Source: Candidatus Latescibacterota bacterium (GTDB taxonomy: Bacteria > Latescibacterota > UBA2968 > UBA8231). From it: 64,000 bases of DNA. A model generated the notes under the pieces. The model was given only the letters and a program-made list of their open reading frames with translations, did not search any database and was not told the DNA's origin. The position numbers and the translations under genes are program-made. Positions within the stretch are counted from its first letter, which is position 1. The number at the start of each line of letters is the position of its first letter. The stretch lies in NCBI GenBank assembly GCA_965203175.1, contig OZ241867.1, forward strand, positions 1,472,001 through 1,536,000. The letters run 5' to 3'. Shown here piece by piece: positions 18,464 through 27,011 of the stretch.

Positions 18464-19831
18464 ATGGAACTGAATTGGCGAGAAATCGACCGCTGGATTT
18501 TTGGCGAGGCTTGGACCGGCTCGCAGATCGGCGAACACGTGGAGATGTTGTGCGAACAGATCGGGCCGCGCTGGGCTTCTTCGGAGGGGGAGCGCCAAGC
18601 GGTGGAGTATCTGCGGGAGCAATTTGCGCAGGCGGGACTGGCCGATGCGGCGCTGGAGGAATTTGCGCTGAATACCTGGGCGTACGAACGGGCAGAAGCA
18701 ACAGTGGAGGATATGGAGATCGACCTCTTGCCCTACAACCGCTGTCCTCCGTGCGACCTCGAAGCCCCGATCGTCAATGCGGGCTATGGCACAGAACACG
18801 AGATCGACCAAGTGCGCGGCCAACTCAAAGGAAGCATCGCGGTGATGCACCTAGCACTGGAGCCTTTTACCTCGCCCTCGCCGCCCAACGTGCGGCTTGA
18901 AGCGCTATGCGACGCCGACGCAGTGGCGGTGGTGGCGATTGATCCAAAAGACGGGCGGCGGGCGGAGTACCACAACGGCGGAGATTGGCGCGAGCCAGAA
19001 ACCGCTGAGTTGCCCATTCCAGCCGTGACGACCTCGCGGGAGCACGGAGCTCTGTTGCAGAAGTGGGCCAGCGAGGGCAAGCGGCTCAAGCTAACCGTTG
19101 AGAGCCGGTTTTACCAAGCACCGGCGCACAATGTGGTCGCTTCGATTCCCGGAGCGCAGTGGCCTGGGGAGCGGCTGATGTTGGGTGGGCACCACGACAC
19201 GGTGTACGGCGCACCGGGGGGCAACGACAATGCCTCGGGCACCATTGCAGTGATGGAGACGGCGCGGGTACTGGCCGGACTAAAATCAGCGCTCGGCGTC
19301 GAGCCGGGGATGAGCCTGTGCTTTGCGACGTACAGCGCCGAGGAGCAGATCTTCCAGGGGTCGATTGAGTACGTGCGGCAACACTGCGTCGCAAAACCGC
19401 GGCTGGCGATCAATCTCGACGAGCTATCGACCGGGTCAATCAAAGGGGTAGTGCTGGGGTTTGGGCATCTGCGCGACTTGGTGCAGGCCCAGTTCAATGC
19501 AATGGGCGACGGGTTAAAGTGCCACGTCATGTCCCAACTCGACGCGTCTTCAGACCACTTTCCCTTTTTGCGCGAGGGCATTGACGCGGCGCATCTGTGG
19601 CGCTGGCGCTTTAGCGGCCGCCATGCCGACTCCGACTATCACCACGAGCCAGCCGACACCGCCGACAAGCTCAACGTGCGGGAGTTAAAAGAATACGTCG
19701 GGCAGCTAGCGCGACTGTTGTTGCGGCTGTCGCACGTAGCACCCGAGGAGTGGCCGGAGAACCCGGTAACCAAGGAGGCGGTAGCAGAACGGCTGGCGGC
19801 CGAGCGCGGGACGGTGGTGCGGGTGTTTTAG
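18464..19831 (+). CDS. M28-family metallopeptidase with PA domain
   Basis: GGHHDT, GGNDNASG, SAEE, NLD, SDHFPF and YHH motifs. Confidence 0.9.
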   Translation: MELNWREIDRWIFGEAWTGSQIGEHVEMLCEQIGPRWASSEGERQAVEYLREQFAQAGLADAALEEFALNTWAYERAEATVEDMEIDLLPYNRCPPCDLEAPIVNAGYGTEHEIDQVRGQLKGSIAVMHLALEPFTSPSPPNVRLEALCDADAVAVVAIDPKDGRRAEYHNGGDWREPETAELPIPAVTTSREHGALLQKWASEGKRLKLTVESRFYQAPAHNVVASIPGAQWPGERLMLGGHHDTVYGAPGGNDNASGTIAVMETARVLAGLKSALGVEPGMSLCFATYSAEEQIFQGSIEYVRQHCVAKPRLAINLDELSTGSIKGVVLGFGHLRDLVQAQFNAMGDGLKCHVMSQLDASSDHFPFLREGIDAAHLWRWRFSGRHADSDYHHEPADTADKLNVRELKEYVGQLARLLLRLSHVAPEEWPENPVTKEAVAERLAAERGTVVRVF

Positions 19832-19933
19832 AAGCGGTCTGCGAATGAATGCCTGACATTCGGAAGTGGGCGACTGCAAACACGGCACTCGGGCATCCGA
19901 CGGCTTCTTAGACCGAGAATTGAGATCGTCTCT

Positions 19934-21040
19934 CTAAGCCAAAGAACAATCCCCCTCGAATACCCGGCGCATGGCGGGCGTGATCTCGCCCGTCGCCTCT
20001 GCTCGCTCGGCCCAATGGGCGGGCGTCCCTTCGTTCCACTTGGCCGGGCTGGCCTTGGGGTCGGGCGTCCGGTAGGCCATCAGTAGTCCCCAGCGCGTGG
20101 GCGCATCTAGGTCGCGGTGGCCGACGTGATGCGGCATGTGGTGGACGAAGGAAACCATGCTACCCGGCGGCAGCGACAAGCGCTCAATCCGCAGCGGCTC
20201 GCCGGTAAAGGCGTGGATTTTGCCTTCTATCCAGTTGGTCTGCATTTCGTCGTCGTACTCGGTCCTTGTAGAATTCCACCGATAGGGAATGCGGTAGAGG
20301 TGGGAGCCAGGGATAACGGCCAACTCACCGCCTCCATCGCCGATCCCCATCCCTTCGGGATAGCACAGAGTGCGGACGCATTGCTGCGCTAGGAATTGGG
20401 CGGTTAGCGCGTGGCCGTCGCCGATTTCGCTTTCGATTTCGTACTGCCCTTGGCGATACGGGTGCGCGTGCCAGCGCCGTCCCCTCGATCCCGCCGGCCG
20501 GTTGAGCATCAGGCAGTGGTCGATCAGGAAGCGCTGGCCGAGAAGCTGACCGAAGAGTTCCACCATCTGCGGGTGGCTAGTGGTGACGTCGAGAATAAAA
20601 TCGTCGTACGCGAGCGGGAAGTATTCGGGCATCATCCCCTGCCACTCGAATTCCGCAGCGACCGACGTGGAACCAGATTCGAAAAGCCCCTGTTCGTACA
20701 TGTAAGCCCGGAGTTCCGGCGACATAAAGCTCATCTGCTCCGACCCGTCGCAACAGGATGCTAGGAACTCAGGAGTCGTCTGCTCTGGTGCCAGTTCGGG
20801 CAGCCCACGGCTTGCGTAGTCGATGGCGGCCCAGTCCGTATCTACCACGATGGCGTCGTTCATCCGTTGTAGCTTTTGCAGACTGGTCGTCCAGCGCTGT
20901 TGTCCGGCGTCGGTTAGAACGCCTTCCCAGACCCAATAGCCTTCCCGTTCAAAAAAAGCGCGGTCGAAGGCGGCTAGGACTTCGGGGCGCAAGAGGTCGT
21001 GCAGGCGACCGGCTGGAGTGGGATCTTGGGATGCTTGCAT
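19934..21040 (-). CDS. PhyH-like Fe(II)/2OG dioxygenase, divergent
   Basis: FFEREGYWVWEGVL, WHAH, LAVIPGSH, PGSMVSF..HMPH, RWGL. Confidence 0.75.
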   Translation of the reverse strand: MQASQDPTPAGRLHDLLRPEVLAAFDRAFFEREGYWVWEGVLTDAGQQRWTTSLQKLQRMNDAIVVDTDWAAIDYASRGLPELAPEQTTPEFLASCCDGSEQMSFMSPELRAYMYEQGLFESGSTSVAAEFEWQGMMPEYFPLAYDDFILDVTTSHPQMVELFGQLLGQRFLIDHCLMLNRPAGSRGRRWHAHPYRQGQYEIESEIGDGHALTAQFLAQQCVRTLCYPEGMGIGDGGGELAVIPGSHLYRIPYRWNSTRTEYDDEMQTNWIEGKIHAFTGEPLRIERLSLPPGSMVSFVHHMPHHVGHRDLDAPTRWGLLMAYRTPDPKASPAKWNEGTPAHWAERAEATGEITPAMRRVFEGDCSLA

Positions 21041-21057
21041 AGAGGTCTTGGGCAGTT

Positions 21058-21090
21058 GAGAACCCCGCGCTGTTTCGGCGCGGGGTTCTC
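21058..21090. terminator. GC-rich hairpin, probable terminator of the cyclase gene
   Basis: Perfect 13-bp stem GAGAACCCCGCGC-TGTTTCG-GCGCGGGGTTCTC. Confidence 0.7.
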
Positions 21091-21099
21091 CATTCCAGT

Positions 21100-22077
21100 T
21101 CAGCGGATGGCGAGCGGCCGCCCCGGCGATCCCGTGCCGCCTTTAAAGCGGGTCGGCGTAAATATAAAGAGGAACTCGTACACTTCGTCGGCCAACACTT
21201 CTTCAAAGACCATGTTCTCCAAGTTGAAGATGCCGTTCTTGGTGATGAGTTCTTGGTGGACTGGGAAGACCAATTTAGGGTCGGGACCGGGCACGACTTC
21301 AGTGGTCCACTGATCCGAGCCGATCATCGAGGGTTTCATGGAGATGATCCACTCGCTCGCCTCCATGCCGATGCCGGGCGGGTTGGTGTTGTAGGTATCC
21401 GGGTCCTTCCACAGCTTGGACCAGCCGTAGTTGAAGAGCAGGGCGTCGCCCTCCTGGATGTCGCTTTCGGCCATCCCCTGCCTTGCGAGTGCGCCGCGGA
21501 TATCGGCGGCAGTGACCTCGTAGCTGTGGTCGAGGTGTTCGACGCCCTTGTAGCCGGCAATGTCGATGAGTATGCCGCGGGTGATGAAGGGACGCACGTG
21601 TTCGATGCCCAGTTTGGTCACTCCATAAGGAGTGGCCATCTCGTCGGCGGTAAAGCCATTGTAGAACACGTCCTGGATCGAGCCGTCGGCCATCTCCATG
21701 CGCGTGCCGATGTGGGCCAGCCCGTCGAACTGCGTGCCGACTTGGCCGATCTCGGCGCAGAGGAACTCGTCGAAGTACATGAGCATGTTGTTCTCGCCGA
21801 AGGGGCCGCCGGTGGGCGCGCCGGGGATGATCATCGCATACGTGCGCTCGCCAAACAGCGGCATGCCGCGCTCGTATACCTGGCCCAGCTCGTACATCTT
21901 GCCGGTCTTGACTAGCTGCACGGCCTTGAGGATGATTTCGGCGGTGATGCGGTTGGATGCGCCGGCTTGGTCGTCGGCTCCCCACGGCGAGGGCCACCAA
22001 GGCCCTTGTTCGCGGGTCTGGGAAAAGCACGGCAGGGACAAGGCGAGCACGAGGATCGCCGAAGTGAGCGATTTCAT
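21100..22077 (-). CDS. Cyclase family (kynurenine formamidase-like) protein, exported
   Basis: WGADDQAGASN, QVGTQFDGLAH, TRGILID, NLEN, GGTGSPGRPLAIR; signal peptide; SD before 22077. Confidence 0.9.
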   Translation of the reverse strand: MKSLTSAILVLALSLPCFSQTREQGPWWPSPWGADDQAGASNRITAEIILKAVQLVKTGKMYELGQVYERGMPLFGERTYAMIIPGAPTGGPFGENNMLMYFDEFLCAEIGQVGTQFDGLAHIGTRMEMADGSIQDVFYNGFTADEMATPYGVTKLGIEHVRPFITRGILIDIAGYKGVEHLDHSYEVTAADIRGALARQGMAESDIQEGDALLFNYGWSKLWKDPDTYNTNPPGIGMEASEWIISMKPSMIGSDQWTTEVVPGPDPKLVFPVHQELITKNGIFNLENMVFEEVLADEVYEFLFIFTPTRFKGGTGSPGRPLAIR

Positions 22078-22150
22078 GAGTTTCTCCTTGATAAATGGGT
22101 CGCGGAAATGCACCGCGATGGTATAAGGAAATTGCGGCCCTGAATCAAGC

Positions 22151-22603
22151 TCAGACGAACTTGACTACCACCAACAGCACGATGACGATCACCAGCACAG
22201 TGGGCACTTCGTTGAGAATGCGGAAGAACCGCTCGCTCTTTTGATTCTCACCGCGTGCAAAAGCCTTGCGGTAGGAGGAAAGCATGCCGTGGAGGGCCGC
22301 CATGGCGAGCACTAGCACCAATTTGATGTGTATCCAATAGCCGGTGCCCGGCGCACCGGCACCCGTGGCGATGATTAACAGAATGCCAGTAACAAAAGAA
22401 ACGATCATCGCCGGATTCATAATCACCCTCAGCAACTTGCGCTCCATGACCTTGAAGGTCTCGTCGGCTTCGGAGTTAGGGGTAACTTGGCAGTGATAGA
22501 CATAGAGGCGCGGCAGATAGAACATGCCGACCATCCAAGCGATGACGAAGATGACGTGGATGGCTTTGAGCCACAGGTAGTACTCGCTTGCAAATGCACT
22601 CAT
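22151..22603 (-). CDS. hemJ: Protoporphyrinogen oxidase HemJ
   Basis: WLKAIHVIFVIAWMVGMFYLPRLYVYH, MERKLLRVIMNPAM, FRILNEVPT, VVVKF. Confidence 0.95.
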   Translation of the reverse strand: MSAFASEYYLWLKAIHVIFVIAWMVGMFYLPRLYVYHCQVTPNSEADETFKVMERKLLRVIMNPAMIVSFVTGILLIIATGAGAPGTGYWIHIKLVLVLAMAALHGMLSSYRKAFARGENQKSERFFRILNEVPTVLVIVIVLLVVVKFV

Positions 22604-22632
22604 AGGAAGGAACTCCTCTACGCGGAGACGCG

Positions 22633-23271
22633 CTAGGTGCGCGTCGTCGCCAGCGCCGCTTCGTGGAGGGCGCTGACTGTTTCAGCCTCTAGGTCAATGT
22701 CGATGTTGGGAATGGACTTGGAGCGACCGATGAAGAGCGTTGCGTAAAATGCGCAAGCCGCTAGGTAGGACCCTGCGAAGTTGGGATGGCTTTGGTCCTT
22801 GTCGTGGAGGACGATATCGGGATGCGCCGCTAGACAGTGCCGCCAAGCTAGGCCTACGGGCACGACGGTCGCGCCGATCTCGCGCCCCACTTCGGTGTAG
22901 GTCTCGCTCAAGGCGGCTTGGGTCTCGGGAGCGTTTTGCCGCGCCCAAGTCATATAGAGCACCGTCTGCGCCTGTGCCACTTTAATTACGGCGTCGAACT
23001 CACGGATGTTTTCTCCAGTGCGCTTGGGATTTTTCACCGGCAGGGTGCTTTGCTCCTGCAACACGACGTAATCCCAGCCGGACGCCTGCAAGCGCTCGTG
23101 TGCCTCGCCTTTATTCAAGTGCATCCTGAGCGAGGCCCCGCCAGCGCTGATGAGTTCGCATTCCAACTCGCCTTTGCCGCCGGCGTGGACGAGTTGGGCG
23201 AGGAGGCCGGGCAGATCGTTGCGCGCGGTGAAACTGTTGCCTATGAAAAGAACGCGGGTGATATTGGCCAT
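22633..23271 (-). CDS. SGNH/GDSL hydrolase-like protein
   Basis: VLFIGNSFT, WDYVVLQEQS, DQSHPNFAGSYLAAC. Confidence 0.88.
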   Translation of the reverse strand: MANITRVLFIGNSFTARNDLPGLLAQLVHAGGKGELECELISAGGASLRMHLNKGEAHERLQASGWDYVVLQEQSTLPVKNPKRTGENIREFDAVIKVAQAQTVLYMTWARQNAPETQAALSETYTEVGREIGATVVPVGLAWRHCLAAHPDIVLHDKDQSHPNFAGSYLAACAFYATLFIGRSKSIPNIDIDLEAETVSALHEAALATTRT

Positions 23272-23341
23272 GGTCAGTCTTCTGTTTGGGTTGAGGTGCG
23301 TCCTGCTCAACATAAACACCGCTTCGCCTCGCGCCAAGTTG
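23221..23341. repeat. Direct repeat A copy 1 (promoter + 5' end of the SGNH gene)
   Basis: 121-bp ungapped match to 25903-26023; 19 mismatches by manual count (~84% identity). Confidence 0.9.
23309..23337 (-). promoter_or_regulatory. Putative sigma70 promoter TTGGCG-N17-TATGTT
   Basis: Both hexamers and the 17-nt spacing are conserved in the second copy at 25991-26019. Confidence 0.55.
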
Positions 23342-23421
23342 CCATCCCAATGGTCTGGTATTCGACGCGCAGACCCTTGATGTCAGCGATTTTTGTGCAA
23401 TCTACTCTTGGAGAACTTCAG

Positions 23422-24189
23422 ATGGGACGAAATGTCGAGCAGTACGAGCGAGACGGGTATTGTATCGCGGATGAGCAGATCGCGCCGGACGATGTGTTGG
23501 CAAAGGCGTTGCAGGGGATGGTGGCAGTGCGCGATGGAAAGTTTGATATGGGGATGCCGCCGACCGAGCATCCCGGGTACGATCCAGCCGTGTTGTGCAA
23601 GATCAACAATCCGCATCGGTCGGATACAGGACTCCATGGATTGGTGACCTGTCCACAAGTAGGACGCAAGGTCGCCGAGATCACAGGTGCCCAGCGAGTG
23701 CAGGTGTGGGCAAGTCAGTTGCTGATCAAGCCGCCGGGGTCCGCAGCCGCAGGGCACGTCGGCTGGCATCAAGACCGGCAGTACTGGCGCATGTGGCAGC
23801 AGGCCGAAGGGCTTTTTACAGCGTGGATCGCGCTGTGCGATGTGGGAGAGGAGTTGGGACCGATGCGCTTTGTGCGCGGATCGCACCGTTGGGGCTTTTT
23901 AGACCAAGGCAATTTCTTCGACAAGGACCAGCACAAGCTGCGCGATGACATTGCGGTACCAGCGGACAAGACTTGGGAGGAAGTGTCGGCATTGATGCCC
24001 TTAGGTGGGCTTAGCGTCCACCACTGCCTGACCTATCACGGCTCCAATGCCAATGTCTCGGATGCGGCGCGCTGGAGCTTGGCCGTGCATCTACGCGACG
24101 AAAGGGCCGTGCCAGTGCCCGGCGACCAGAGCTACTACACCACGCATTTAGACGATCCCCAGATTTGCCCAGTGATGTACGAAGCCTAG
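23422..24189 (+). CDS. PhyH-family dioxygenase
   Basis: YERDGY, GWHQD, TAWIAL, MRFVRGSH, TYHGS, RWS; GGAG SD before ATG 23422. Confidence 0.92.
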   Translation: MGRNVEQYERDGYCIADEQIAPDDVLAKALQGMVAVRDGKFDMGMPPTEHPGYDPAVLCKINNPHRSDTGLHGLVTCPQVGRKVAEITGAQRVQVWASQLLIKPPGSAAAGHVGWHQDRQYWRMWQQAEGLFTAWIALCDVGEELGPMRFVRGSHRWGFLDQGNFFDKDQHKLRDDIAVPADKTWEEVSALMPLGGLSVHHCLTYHGSNANVSDAARWSLAVHLRDERAVPVPGDQSYYTTHLDDPQICPVMYEA

Positions 24190-24194
24190 CGTCG

Positions 24195-24953
24195 TTACTC
24201 GGGTGTAGAAGCGCCGAAGGCTGCGGCAAAAGCCCGCGACTTGGGATTGAGTACCGAGTAGAAGGCGCGAACCTCTGGATCGGAATGGTCGCGCCAGAGC
24301 CGAGCGGGCAGGGTCGTGTAGTTGCTCAAATGAGGTTGGTCGCGGCGACCGTAATAGATCTGGACGGATTTGCGTTCCTGTTGCGTCGGGCGGATAGTCG
24401 CCGCGTGCAGCACTGAGAGATTGAAGAGCACCACGGTGCCGGCCGGACCGTGCAGATCGACGATCCCGCCGCGGGCGAGCTGGTCTTCCTGGTCCAAAAT
24501 GGGCGCATCGGCAGCTTCGGGAGAGAGGGAGAAACAGTGGGTGGTCTCGTCGACGTCGGCCAAATAGACGAGGACGTGGACATACTGGGTGCGCAGAGGG
24601 TGCTGCTGCCAGTGCGGGCGGTCGCGATGCCAGCGTCGCCAGCCTTCCCCTTCGTAGGGTGCCATGTGGCGCAGGCAGGCTTCAGAGAGACAGATGGGGG
24701 CACCGAGCAGCGTTTCCACTGCGTCGAGGATTTGCGGGTGATGGATGATTTCTTCGACTGCGGGCCAAGTGATCAGAGGATCGCAGTTGACGGTCTGGTA
24801 GGCACTCTCCAAGGGACGCCAAAAGGCGCGGCCCCAAGTTGTGCGGTCCTCGTCAAAGCCCTGGCGCAGACGGGCGGCGTCTTGGTCGGAGAAAAGTTGG
24901 CCTAGAGCAACGTAGCCATTGCAGCGAAAGAATTCGTAGTCTGCTGTATTCAT
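24195..24953 (-). CDS. PhyH-family dioxygenase
   Basis: FFRCNGY, WHRD, GPAGTVVLFNLSVLHA, RKS. Confidence 0.88.
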   Translation of the reverse strand: MNTADYEFFRCNGYVALGQLFSDQDAARLRQGFDEDRTTWGRAFWRPLESAYQTVNCDPLITWPAVEEIIHHPQILDAVETLLGAPICLSEACLRHMAPYEGEGWRRWHRDRPHWQQHPLRTQYVHVLVYLADVDETTHCFSLSPEAADAPILDQEDQLARGGIVDLHGPAGTVVLFNLSVLHAATIRPTQQERKSVQIYYGRRDQPHLSNYTTLPARLWRDHSDPEVRAFYSVLNPKSRAFAAAFGASTPE

Positions 24954-24974
24954 CGGCGTTCTTCGGGATAAGGA

Positions 24975-25859
24975 TCAGCGCGCGAACCAGCGAATCGGGT
25001 GGCGTCGCGTTCCATCGGCAAAGGCGAGCGAATAGGGGTCGCACTGTCGATAGACGACCGCTCCGTCGGTGCGCAGCACCAGCCAGCCAAAGTCCCAGCC
25101 CTTGCTCTGGTAGAGCATGGGAATACTCGGCCGGACGCGAATGACCGGATGCGATCCGGCAATAAAGAGTTGTTGCTCGACATAGTAATAGCCCGAGCCG
25201 GTCTCGACGAAAACCTCGTGGGTTAGATCATCCCCTTCTCCGGTCAGGTCCGCGCACAAACCGCCAATGCCGACCTTGATGGCCGCGCCGTCGCCAAAGG
25301 CGGAGGCGAGGGCGTCGATCGAGCCGGAGAGGATGTGACCGTGGGCGTCGTGGTGCAGCACTTCCTCCCACGTGTCGGCGACGTAAAACTTATAAATGTC
25401 AAAGTCGTAAATGAAATTGTGGCTGGGGGCGTTGGTCGCTGGGTCATGGCTGTCGAGCAAGTGGTACTTGGGCATGGGGTGCGGTCCCCCCTCGGGTGCG
25501 GGCACGGTCTTTTGCCCGTCGAGGTGGGGACGGCCTAGGGCTTGGTGGCCGTCTTGATTGTAGAGGAAGAACGACATCGAAGGCCGCGGCCCAAATCCGT
25601 CGGGCAAGGACACGGGCTGGCGCAGGCTCATCAGGCCGGCGGCCCAGCGGTCTTCGACCAGATACGTCACGGCAAACTCGGCCACCTCATGCACCTTCTC
25701 GTCGCTGGAGGAGCGCACATCGATGTGCTCGTTGTGGCGAAATTCAGTGTAGATGCGCAGGTCTGCGCCACGGCGGATAGCGCGGACTAAAGCTTCTTGG
25801 CTACCGGCGACGATCTCGCGCGACGAATCTAGTATTAAGGGACAGGTCCAGGAGGGCAT
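24975..25859 (-). CDS. Hypothetical protein with an internal two-fold repeat
   Basis: 294 aa; two W..L..D......GS..AL..A...GA.[LI][RK] units. Confidence 0.8.
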   Translation of the reverse strand: MPSWTCPLILDSSREIVAGSQEALVRAIRRGADLRIYTEFRHNEHIDVRSSSDEKVHEVAEFAVTYLVEDRWAAGLMSLRQPVSLPDGFGPRPSMSFFLYNQDGHQALGRPHLDGQKTVPAPEGGPHPMPKYHLLDSHDPATNAPSHNFIYDFDIYKFYVADTWEEVLHHDAHGHILSGSIDALASAFGDGAAIKVGIGGLCADLTGEGDDLTHEVFVETGSGYYYVEQQLFIAGSHPVIRVRPSIPMLYQSKGWDFGWLVLRTDGAVVYRQCDPYSLAFADGTRRHPIRWFAR

Positions 25860-25863
25860 AGCG

Positions 25864-25953
25864 CTATTCCTTACTACCGCCGCTGACCAGTCGGATCAAT
25901 GTGCGGGCGGTAAAGTTATTGCCAATGAAAAGAGCGCGGGTGATATTGGCCAT
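25864..25953 (-). pseudogene. Truncated remnant of an SGNH hydrolase paralogue (29 aa)
   Basis: MANITRALFIGNNFTARTLIRLVSGGSKE* versus intact MANITRVLFIGNSFTARNDLPGLLAQLVHAGGKGE. Confidence 0.8.
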
Positions 25954-26023
25954 AGTCGGTCCTCAATGTGGGTTGCGGTGCATCTTGCTCAACATATACA
26001 CCGCTTTGCCCCGCGCCAAGTTG
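25903..26023. repeat. Direct repeat A copy 2
   Basis: ~84% identical to 23221-23341. Confidence 0.9.
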
Positions 26024-26118
26024 GAAATTAGCCTTGCACACCGTACCTACTCAGGGCATTTTGTCGATAAAGGCTCCTGCAAACAATCTTCCAACCATCC
26101 ATCATAGGGAGAACAGCC

Positions 26119-27000
26119 ATGATTGAACACGCCAACACCTCGCGCTCAATCACCGCAGAAACGGTGGAAATGTCCGCCGATGAGAAGTACCTCTTCGACC
26201 TGCTCGGATTTTTGATCGTGCGGGACGTGCTCAGCGAGGAACACCTGAAGCTAGCCAACGAAGCTATCGACTCGATGGAGCTCACACCGAGCCCGGAGTA
26301 CTTTGGCGACTCCGTTGCTTTGAAGGGTGAGAACACCTCGACACGCCTCGGCAACAGCGAGGGCTTTTTGGAATTGCCGCGGCCGTTCTGCGAGCCCTTC
26401 AGAGAAATGCTGGCGCATCCCAAAACCATCCCCCACCTCAACACGATCCTCGGGGAAGGATGGCGGCTCGACCACGGTCCTGGTCTGATCGCGATGGACA
26501 AGGGATGTTCTGGCGGTATGTTGCACGGCAATTTCGACAACGCCCCCTATTTCTACCGCGAGGGTAAGATCTTCACCGGCCTCTGCGTCATCGAATACCT
26601 GCTCGCCGATGAAGGGCCGGGCGACGGCGGCATCAGCGTCATTGCCGGCAGCCACAAGGCCAACGTGACCTGTCCGGCCAAGATGCTCAGATGGGAACAG
26701 TACCAGGAATACGTGACCGAGATAAACGCCAAAGCGGGCGACGCCGTCATCTTCAGCGAGGCGTGCACCCACGGCACCCTCCCGTGGAATGCCGACCACC
26801 AGCGCCGCGCCATCCTCTACAAGTACAACACCGGTCACATGGCATGGGGCGGAGGCGGAGTGCGCGGCCGGCGGCCGTCCTACTGGGACGAGCTTACCGC
26901 TCCCCAGCAGGCAGCTCTGCTCTTGCCCTCACATCATTCCCGCAGACCCAAGCCGAGCAACGACTACGCAGGACTCGCCGAGGTGGTCGATTCGGTGTGA
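26119..27000 (+). CDS. PhyH-family dioxygenase, non-canonical H-G-N motif
   Basis: YLFDLLGFLIVRDVL, MLHGN, VIAGSHK, KAGDAVIFSEACTHGT, RRAILYKY. Confidence 0.88.
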   Translation: MIEHANTSRSITAETVEMSADEKYLFDLLGFLIVRDVLSEEHLKLANEAIDSMELTPSPEYFGDSVALKGENTSTRLGNSEGFLELPRPFCEPFREMLAHPKTIPHLNTILGEGWRLDHGPGLIAMDKGCSGGMLHGNFDNAPYFYREGKIFTGLCVIEYLLADEGPGDGGISVIAGSHKANVTCPAKMLRWEQYQEYVTEINAKAGDAVIFSEACTHGTLPWNADHQRRAILYKYNTGHMAWGGGGVRGRRPSYWDELTAPQQAALLLPSHHSRRPKPSNDYAGLAEVVDSV

Positions 27001-27011
27001 GGTAACTACTT

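Noticed and set aside
22918-23421. N-terminal extension making a 423-aa PhyH
   Set aside because: Overlaps the SGNH gene on the other strand; an SD supports the start at 23422.
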